Below are positions 22,538 through 28,285 of a stretch of DNA of 28,285 nt, piece by piece. The notes below the pieces were generated by a model, which was given only the letters and a program-made list of their open reading frames with translations, had not been told where the DNA came from and did not search any database. The translations under genes and the position numbers were made by a program. Origin of the DNA: an uncultured Candidatus Saccharibacteria bacterium (GTDB lineage: Bacteria > Patescibacteriota > Minisyncoccia > Minisyncoccales > JAUWAW01); the NCBI GenBank assembly GCA_964359535.1, contig CAYHTF010000001.1, positions 1 through 28,285 of the forward strand, read 5' to 3'. Positions within the stretch are counted from its first letter, which is position 1. Each line of letters begins with the position of its first letter.

Positions 22538-25054
22538 ATGCAGGCGATTGGATTTTTATGGATTATAGCCAGTTATCTGTTGGGCTCTTTGCCTTTTGGT
22601 TTTTTGTTTGGCCGCTGGTTCGGCAAAAAGAATGTTTTGGCCGAGGGCTGGCAGAAAACATCGGCCACTAATGTGGCCCGGGTGGCTGGTTTTTGGCCGG
22701 CTGTTTTGACTGGCGCGATGGATTTGACCAAAGGTTTTTTGGCTGTTTGGCTTGGCCAGAAACTCGGACTTTCTCAAACGGTATTGGCGTTATCTGGGGT
22801 AGCGGCGATTGTTGGCCATAACTGGTCTTGTTTTTTACGACTCAAAGGCGGCCGGGGCGTGGCCACCTTTATTGGCGCGGGTTTGGCGCTTTCTCCTCAA
22901 ATTACCATTCTTGGCGTACTGCCATTTTTATTGCTCGCTCTTATTTGGAACTCGGCCATTGGCACATTGGTTATGCTGGCTGTGATTTTAATATTGATTT
23001 TTTTGTTTGGCCAATTTTTGCCAGCCGGGCTTTTTATTATTTTGGCTTCAATAATTATCTTAATCAAAAGGCTAAATTTTCAAGCCGAATGTAAGGAAAT
23101 TTTGGCGGTTACAAAATATAAGCGGTCGCTTACATTTTGTAACCGGCTTGTTTTTGACAATGACCAGCCGCAATTTCAATTAAGATTAAAAAACATTATA
23201 GCTCGATTTGTGCCAAAAACAAAAGAGTTCTCTGAAAAAACACCGTTAGAAATGACATTTCTATCGGAGCAAGTCGAACCGATTTTTGAACTTAAGCCAA
23301 GCGATATTAAAAATTTTATCTTGTCAGCCAGGCAAAAACTCGTTCAATGTCAGGAAGAAATAAATCGGATAAATGTTTTTCCGGTAGCGGACAAAGACAC
23401 TGGCTATAATTTGGCCGCCACTTTGCGGGGTATAAGCGAGGCCATTAGTCAAAAAGATTACGATTCATTATTTGAATTATCGCGGGATATTGAAAGGAGC
23501 GCCTTGCAAAGCGGACAAGGCAACGCGGGTATGATTTTGGCCGGCTGGCTTTTGGGTTTTCTGTCGGAAATCAAAAACAAAGATGTCGTCAATAGTTCTT
23601 GTCTAATCAAAGCTCTGGAAAAAGCGGCCATTGGAGCTGAGTTGTCAATTGCCAAGCCCGTTGAAGGCACGATTTTAGACGCAATGAAAGCGGCGACGCT
23701 GAGCGCCGCTCAAGCCCCGCTTAGCGCCCCGCTGAGCGGGGCTCAAGGGGCGGATAAGCCCGATATCGCCCAAATCTTAAAAGCGGCGCTGGCGCGGAGC
23801 GAAAAAGCGCTTGGACAAACTCAAAATAAATTGGCGGTTTTAAGAAAAAATAAAGTGGTTGATGCTGGCGCTTTGGGTTTTGTGAAAATCTTGGAGGCCT
23901 GGGTGGAAGTTTTGTCCAGTCCCGGCATGGACACGATCGTGTCCGCTGGGGTTCCGCGGATAAAAACAAAAAAGCAAGCTCCAAAAGAAAACGAAAACCG
24001 ATTTGAAACCGTTTGCCGGTTCCGGGCAGATGACAACATTGATTTGGAATTTATAAAGCAAGAATTTTCTTTGCTTGGCGATTCTTTGGATTTTATCTCC
24101 GCTGAGAACGAAATGAAACTGCACATTCATACTTCTTTTCCGGAAAAAGTCAGGGAAAAACTGTCGTCTTATGAAATTGTGGAATGGCGAAGCGAAGAAT
24201 TGGTTGAGCCAGTTGGTATAGTGGTTTGTGACAGCGCCGACTTGACCGATGATTTTATCAGACAACATAGCATTGAGCGGGTATTTTTTACAGTCCGCTT
24301 TCCAAGCGGCGAGGTTGTTCATAAAGATGATTTTTTTAACCAAATGCGCGAGGCAATAAAACAAAATAAACCTTTGTCCGTCACGGCCGCGCCCTCTATT
24401 GGCGATTTTCTATCCGCTTTTCAGAAATCGTTGAATAATTTTGAAACAGTTTTGGTGATCACCCCTTCCGCTAAATTATCGGCCGCTTATACCGCGGCTT
24501 GTTCAGCCAGAGAGATGGCGCCTGAAAAACAGCGGCTTTTTGTTTTTGATTGCGATAGTTTTGAAATGGGCGAGGGATTCGCGGCTATGAAAGCCCAAGA
24601 ATTTATTGGGCAGGGCAAAAGGATTGAAGAAATAATAGGGGACTTGGAAATTTTTTGCCCAAAAATAAAAATAATCGGCTGTTTGGCGAATTTTGCTTAT
24701 GTGGCTAGAAGCGGCCGCGTTAAACTGCCTAGAATTTTAGTTGCCATATTAAACTCGCTGCCAAAGATCGGCCTGTATATTTTAGTGGCCTTAGAGCAAG
24801 GGAAAGTTAGGTTGTTGGGCCTGAGAGCTGGCTACGACCCTATTAAAATTATTGTTCAAGAAATAGAAAAGCAAACCAATGGCCGATTATCTATACTAGC
24901 CGTGGCGCACGGCGATTGCCCCGAGAGAGCGCAAGTTTTGAAAGAATTTTTGGAGCAAAAATTAAAAAAAGAAATTTTGTTTGTTTCGCCCTTGTCTTCG
25001 GTCATCGGCCTTTATACCGGCCCGGACAGTTTGGTGGTTGGTTTTGTGGTATGA
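22538..25054 (+). CDS. Tripartite fusion: PlsY-like acyltransferase + FakA-like fatty-acid kinase (Dak2 + middle domain) + DegV/FakB-like fatty-acid-binding domain
   Basis: aa 1-~185: multi-TM with PlsY motifs DLTKG and GHNWSCFLRLKGGRGVAT (motif 1 divergent: GWQKTSATN). aa ~250-460: INVFPVADKDTGYNL, SGQGNAGMILAG, KPVEGTILDAMKAA, KVVDAGALGF (Dak2/FakA N-domain). aa ~490-545: FETVCRF...LLGDSLDFISAENEMKLHIHT (FakA middle domain). aa ~560-838: IVVCDSADL, TAAPSIGDF, PSAKLSAAYTAA, FDCDSFEMGEGF, YVARSGRV (DegV pattern). Confidence 0.8.
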   Translation: MQAIGFLWIIASYLLGSLPFGFLFGRWFGKKNVLAEGWQKTSATNVARVAGFWPAVLTGAMDLTKGFLAVWLGQKLGLSQTVLALSGVAAIVGHNWSCFLRLKGGRGVATFIGAGLALSPQITILGVLPFLLLALIWNSAIGTLVMLAVILILIFLFGQFLPAGLFIILASIIILIKRLNFQAECKEILAVTKYKRSLTFCNRLVFDNDQPQFQLRLKNIIARFVPKTKEFSEKTPLEMTFLSEQVEPIFELKPSDIKNFILSARQKLVQCQEEINRINVFPVADKDTGYNLAATLRGISEAISQKDYDSLFELSRDIERSALQSGQGNAGMILAGWLLGFLSEIKNKDVVNSSCLIKALEKAAIGAELSIAKPVEGTILDAMKAATLSAAQAPLSAPLSGAQGADKPDIAQILKAALARSEKALGQTQNKLAVLRKNKVVDAGALGFVKILEAWVEVLSSPGMDTIVSAGVPRIKTKKQAPKENENRFETVCRFRADDNIDLEFIKQEFSLLGDSLDFISAENEMKLHIHTSFPEKVREKLSSYEIVEWRSEELVEPVGIVVCDSADLTDDFIRQHSIERVFFTVRFPSGEVVHKDDFFNQMREAIKQNKPLSVTAAPSIGDFLSAFQKSLNNFETVLVITPSAKLSAAYTAACSAREMAPEKQRLFVFDCDSFEMGEGFAAMKAQEFIGQGKRIEEIIGDLEIFCPKIKIIGCLANFAYVARSGRVKLPRILVAILNSLPKIGLYILVALEQGKVRLLGLRAGYDPIKIIVQEIEKQTNGRLSILAVAHGDCPERAQVLKEFLEQKLKKEILFVSPLSSVIGLYTGPDSLVVGFVV

Positions 25055-26031
25055 TAACAGATAATATTATGACTCAAATAAAAAGATTGATTATCATTGA
25101 CGGCCACGCGGTTCTGCACCGCGCTTTTCACGCTTTGCCTCCCTTGACCACTCAAAAAGGCGAGCAGGTGAACGCCATTTACGGCTTTTTACTTGTTTTT
25201 TTTAAGGCCTTAAATGAGTTTAGGCCCGACTTTGCGGTGGCCACTTTTGATTTGCCCGCTCCGACTTTTCGGCATCAAGAGTTCAAAGAATATAAAGCCA
25301 AGCGGCCCAAAATGGCCGATGAACTGGCCGAGCAAATTCCTAAAATAAAAAATATTCTTACCGCTTTTAGCGTACCTATTTTTGAAAAAGAGGGCTTTGA
25401 GGCCGATGATTTAATCGGTGCTTTGAGCCGGCAAGCGGAGCAGGAGCAAGTGGAAACAGTTATCATTAGCGGCGATTTAGATGTTTTACAGCTGGTTGGC
25501 CCTGCCACAAAGGTTTTCGCGTTGCGAAAAGGGGTTAAAGACACTGTTTTGTATGACGAGGAAAAAGTGAAAGAAAAATACGATGGATTATTGCCAAGCC
25601 AGCTTTTGGACTACAAGGCCTTGCGGGGCGACCCGTCCGACAATATACCCGGGGCCGCTGGTATTGGCGAGAAAACAGCTTTAACGCTTATTAAGGATTT
25701 TGACAATATTGAAAATATTTATGAAACCATTGAACAACAATCGGACGGCGCGGAAAAAATAACTCCAGCGGTCAAAGAAAAACTGACAGCGTCAAAAGAA
25801 CAAGTTTTTCTTTCAAAAAGATTAGTCGCCATCAGAAAAGACGCGCCAGTAGATTTAAATCTTGAGCAATGCCGCTGGGGCGATTATGATTTTGAAAAAG
25901 CGGAAAAAGCGCTTGGCGATTTTGAGTTTTACAGCTTAATCAAAAAAATACCCGCCCCGATGGCCATCGGGGCGGAACGGGCAAAACAGGAAGAAGAAAA
26001 ACCTAAACCGAGCAACTTAAAACTGTTTTAG
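25051..26031 (+). CDS. Stand-alone 5'-3' exonuclease (Pol I N-terminal/FEN-like domain)
   Basis: LIIIDGHAVLHRAFHALPPLTTQKGEQVNAIYGF, FEADDLIG, ISGDLDVLQLV, LRGDPSDNIPGAAGIGEKTA (H3TH). The ATG at 25051 overlaps the upstream stop (ATGA). The track start at 24916 lies inside the previous gene. Confidence 0.85.
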   Translation: MITDNIMTQIKRLIIIDGHAVLHRAFHALPPLTTQKGEQVNAIYGFLLVFFKALNEFRPDFAVATFDLPAPTFRHQEFKEYKAKRPKMADELAEQIPKIKNILTAFSVPIFEKEGFEADDLIGALSRQAEQEQVETVIISGDLDVLQLVGPATKVFALRKGVKDTVLYDEEKVKEKYDGLLPSQLLDYKALRGDPSDNIPGAAGIGEKTALTLIKDFDNIENIYETIEQQSDGAEKITPAVKEKLTASKEQVFLSKRLVAIRKDAPVDLNLEQCRWGDYDFEKAEKALGDFEFYSLIKKIPAPMAIGAERAKQEEEKPKPSNLKLF

Positions 26032-26043
26032 TGTAGCGTAATT

Positions 26044-26484
26044 CTATCTCCTCTTCACCCATAATGGTTGTTTCATCGTTTTCCAAACTAATTTTCCTTT
26101 TATTTGTACCCACCTTATTGCTCTTCTCAGCGTATTAATGTCATCTCCAAATTTGCCTAAACTTGTATTACAACTACTACAAAGCCACCCTCGAACACTT
26201 CCGTCTATATGGCTATGGTCTAAAACCACATCATTATTGTGTTCTCTGATAAAAGTTTTATTACAAATAGGGCAGGTAAATGGTTCACCTATTTTAGGTC
26301 GCGGGTGTGATAATTCAAAAATCTTTTTTTGTTCCGGATCTATCTTTACTTTTTTGGCGTAACATTCTCTACACACAGGTCTACGTAAGATTCTATTATC
26401 CTTGCCGTATTGGTTTGGAGCAAAATCTTCAACATTTTTACTCCTCTTACATTCTCTACAATATTTTAATTCTTTTTTTGCCAT
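26044..26484 (-). CDS. T4 endonuclease VII-family HNH nuclease with N-terminal CxxC zinc ribbon
   Basis: CPICNKTF...VVLDHSHIDGSVRGWLCSSCNTSLGKFGDDINTLRRAIRW matches the CxxC...DHxHxxGxxRGxLCxxCNxxLGxF Endonuclease_7 signature. N-terminal CRECK...CRECY. ATG 26484 lies 1 nt after the upstream stop (26486-26488). Confidence 0.8.
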   Translation of the reverse strand: MAKKELKYCRECKRSKNVEDFAPNQYGKDNRILRRPVCRECYAKKVKIDPEQKKIFELSHPRPKIGEPFTCPICNKTFIREHNNDVVLDHSHIDGSVRGWLCSSCNTSLGKFGDDINTLRRAIRWVQIKGKLVWKTMKQPLWVKRR

Positions 26485-26485
26485 A

Positions 26486-27928
26486 TTATTTAAATTTAAG
26501 GCGTTTCTGTATTGAGGATATTCTTTTTTGAGCAATATTGCAATAATCCTTGCTTATTTCACTGCCTATATAATTTCTTTCTTCAAGAATACACATTTTA
26601 GCCACAGTTCCGCTACCCATCATAGGATCATATACCACATCATGTTTGTTGCTCCACGTATAAATATGATCACGCGCTAATTTTTCAGGAAATATTGCGG
26701 GGTGTTCAAAGGCAATACCATCGCTCGTAGAGTGTCCTTTTCCAATATTGTATTCCCAGACATTTTTTCTTCTTCCGAATTCACCATAACCGCCGCGCTT
26801 TAAGTTTAATAGTTTTCCGTTTTGTAATCTTTTTGTTCCATTATCGCCACTTCTTGACTCTTTGTTTTTTCTATCCTTAATAAGGTTAACTGTTTTGGGA
26901 TTTCCTTTACTAAAAATAAACATATATTCAAATGATTGCCAATATGTTTTATTATTACCGACAGCGCCCCTTGGCGGTTTAGAATATATCATTGTGTCAA
27001 AAAGTTTAAACCCACATTCTTTAAAATAAAGCGCCTGACGAAACGAACTACCTGTTTCATCGCCTTTTATAGTTTCATCGCCAACCACCCATACAACAAC
27101 GCCCCCTTGTTTTATCACCCTAAACAAACCTTTAGCAATGCCTTCAAAGTTAAAACTGTAACCTTTGTAGTTTCTTAATTCGTCATAAGGCGGCGATGTT
27201 ACCACAAGATCTATCGAGTCGGGCGGAAATGTTTTCATTACATCTACTGCGTCGCCACAAATGATTTTATTTAGTGGTAATTCTCTGCGTTGTTCTGTTT
27301 CTTTATATTCTGGGAGTTGAATTATTGAAGCTCCTTCCTCGCGGATAACATCAAGCACAATGCCTTGTATGGAAACGCCCCGCCCATTTCTGAAAATGAG
27401 CGGCTTCATATCTTTGTTTGCCGGCTGTAAGCGGATATGCCCTTTTTCTTTGTAAAATTTCTTTAAGGTTGCTTCATGATTATCTATGAGAGCTACTACT
27501 TTTTGTCCATTTTCGGCTGTTTCTTGCTGGCGCACTAAAACAACATCTCCGTCATTTATATTTTCGTCAATCATACTATTGCCAACCACGCGGAGAGCGT
27601 AAACTTCTGACGAGTAAGGAATTTTGCTTTTAGGAACAGCGATAGTCTCTCTATCTATAATTGTTTCTATTGGCTGGCCCGCGGCAATAGTTCCCAAAAG
27701 TGGAATTTTTATCATTGTTTCGCGGCCTAATGTTTCAATGGAGCGCGGTTTGTTTTCTTTTTTTGACAGGTATCCCAAATCGCGGAGCTTGGAAACATGA
27801 AAATGCGCCGTTGAAACAGACGCGAGCTTGAATTTCTTGCGTATCTCGTCAAGAGAGGGGGCGTATTCTTTCCGCTTTTGATAATCGGTTATGAAATCAA
27901 GAACTTGTTTTTGCTTTTTTGTGAGCAT
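26486..27928 (-). CDS. LexA (wHTH + S24 peptidase) fused to a beta-class N4/N6 DNA methyltransferase (SPPY)
   Basis: aa 1-~198: LTKKQKQVLDFI...SLDEIRKKF...HVSKLRDLGYL (LexA wHTH), LLGTIAAGQPIE (Ala83-Gly84 site), LRVVGNSM (Ser117), ATLKKF (Lys155), IQGIVLDVIRE. aa ~220-480: IICGDAVDVMKTFPPDSIDLVVTSPPY (motif IV), FEHPAIFPEKL, VVYDPMMGSGTVAKM (motif I). The frame is uninterrupted. Confidence 0.85.
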   Translation of the reverse strand: MLTKKQKQVLDFITDYQKRKEYAPSLDEIRKKFKLASVSTAHFHVSKLRDLGYLSKKENKPRSIETLGRETMIKIPLLGTIAAGQPIETIIDRETIAVPKSKIPYSSEVYALRVVGNSMIDENINDGDVVLVRQQETAENGQKVVALIDNHEATLKKFYKEKGHIRLQPANKDMKPLIFRNGRGVSIQGIVLDVIREEGASIIQLPEYKETEQRRELPLNKIICGDAVDVMKTFPPDSIDLVVTSPPYDELRNYKGYSFNFEGIAKGLFRVIKQGGVVVWVVGDETIKGDETGSSFRQALYFKECGFKLFDTMIYSKPPRGAVGNNKTYWQSFEYMFIFSKGNPKTVNLIKDRKNKESRSGDNGTKRLQNGKLLNLKRGGYGEFGRRKNVWEYNIGKGHSTSDGIAFEHPAIFPEKLARDHIYTWSNKHDVVYDPMMGSGTVAKMCILEERNYIGSEISKDYCNIAQKRISSIQKRLKFK

Positions 27929-27988
27929 GTTAGAAATCGTTAATGAATGAGTGGCGGTTAGCCACGAATGAATTTACGAGTTCTTACA

Positions 27989-28096
27989 CCCCGTACTAAT
28001 CCTAATGGCGAACTCTGTTTAAGCGCAAATAGAGCCGCAGGCGAATTCGCAGATAAACTATGCCTGAAAATTTTCATCGCTGGGATTAGTATGGGG
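27989..28096 (+). ncRNA. Candidate structured element (multi-helix), strand inferred from wobble pairs
   Basis: P1 pairs 27989-28002 with 28083-28096 (14 bp). P1b pairs 28007-28011 with 28077-28081. P2 hairpin pairs 28013-28020 with 28027-28034. P3 pairs 28038-28042 with 28062-28066. Non-Watson-Crick pairs 27993:28092, 28007:28081 and 28017:28030 are G:U on the plus strand but A:C on the minus strand. No known RNA family recognised. Confidence 0.35.
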
Positions 28097-28150
28097 TTGA
28101 CTCTATTATTATAGAAAATAAATAGAAAGTATAAAAGAGGGAGTTATCCA

Positions 28151-28186
28151 CAACAAAAACCTCGGTCGTCAATTGACGAACGAGGT
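28151..28186 (-). terminator. Rho-independent terminator of the SDR gene
   Basis: On the minus strand, acctcgttcgtcaattgacgaccgaggt (28159-28186, one mismatch) is followed by tttttgttg. Confidence 0.65.
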
Positions 28187-28216
28187 AAAAACCAAATCGA
28201 GCGATATTAAACTATT

Positions 28217-28285
28217 TTAATTGGCCAGCCAGCCGCCATCTACGACAACCACGGCTCCGGTGATGTATGAAGCCTCGTCCGAAGC
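28217..28285 (-). CDS. Partial CDS (5' end off-window): C-terminus of a short-chain dehydrogenase/reductase
   Basis: The reverse complement reads ASDEASYITGAVVVVDGGWLAN then stop. This is the typical SDR C-terminal (A)SDxASYITGxxxxVDGG motif. Confidence 0.7.
   Translation of the reverse strand, partial: ASDEASYITGAVVVVDGGWLAN

Noticed and set aside
24916-25050. Upstream extensions of track ORFs (24916 for the exonuclease; also 345, 4810, 20460, 22538 minus and 26535)
   Set aside because: The extensions use TTG or overlap the preceding gene or a promoter-like TATAAT. Conserved N-termini begin at the downstream ATGs (25051, 381, 4840, 20400, 22499, 26484).
27958-28077. 39-aa minus-strand ORF (MKIFRHSLSANSPAALFALKQSSPLGLVRGVRTRKFIRG) in the lexA-methylase leader
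   Set aside because: It has no recognisable family and lies wholly within the base-paired element. The structure explains the sequence better, though a leader peptide cannot be excluded.
1-28285. Alternative genetic code (UGA as a sense codon, as in some CPR lineages)
   Set aside because: TGA terminates several well-supported genes, for example at the ATGA junctions at 11549, 12055, 15517, 16654 and 25051. Conserved proteins are full-length under the standard code.

Overview
This 28.3-kb window looks like part of a small-genome, probably host-dependent bacterium. I infer Patescibacteria/CPR-like. The code is standard, because TGA ends genes inside ATGA overlaps.

Core content:
- A nine-gene, co-oriented type IV pilus operon (pilB, pilC, four pilin-like genes, pilM, pilN, pilO and a small membrane gene) at 7683-16971.
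- An orphan histidine kinase (3844-4788) and a CheY-like receiver (7178-7543).
- Four tRNAs: Pro-TGG, Arg-TCT, His-GTG and Leu-CAA.
- A tight smpB-ssrA(tmRNA)-tRNA-Leu array.
- argS, an HD hydrolase, a stand-alone 5'-3' exonuclease and the tail of an SDR gene.

Accessory, visibly more AT-rich blocks:
- An R-M islet next to tRNA-Pro, with a permuted methyltransferase, a wHTH-HNH nuclease, a zinc-ribbon ORF and an N-terminally truncated M.FokI-like methylase remnant.
- A DUF4143 ATPase, a Cys-rich membrane protein and a NYN remnant, lying between the kinase and the receiver.
- Two toxin-antitoxin pairs between tRNA-His and tRNA-Leu. One has an HTH-Panacea antitoxin with an unassigned toxin.

Most interesting observations:
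1. A single 480-aa ORF fuses a complete LexA (wHTH, Ala-Gly site, Ser/Lys S24 dyad) to an SPPY DNA methyltransferase. A T4 endonuclease-VII-type HNH nuclease starts 1 nt downstream. A 108-nt multi-helix element lies in the leader, and its wobble pairs only work on the opposite strand.
2. An 838-aa fusion joins PlsY, a FakA-like kinase (Dak2 plus middle domain) and a DegV/FakB-like domain. This puts the whole exogenous-fatty-acid to lysophosphatidate route in one polypeptide.
3. A family of short perfect hairpins has a CGCTNAGCG or GCCCCG/CGGGGC core. They abut the discriminator base of every CCA-less tRNA and also occur in-frame inside two CDSs.

All family assignments come from motif recognition by eye. 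No database search was run.
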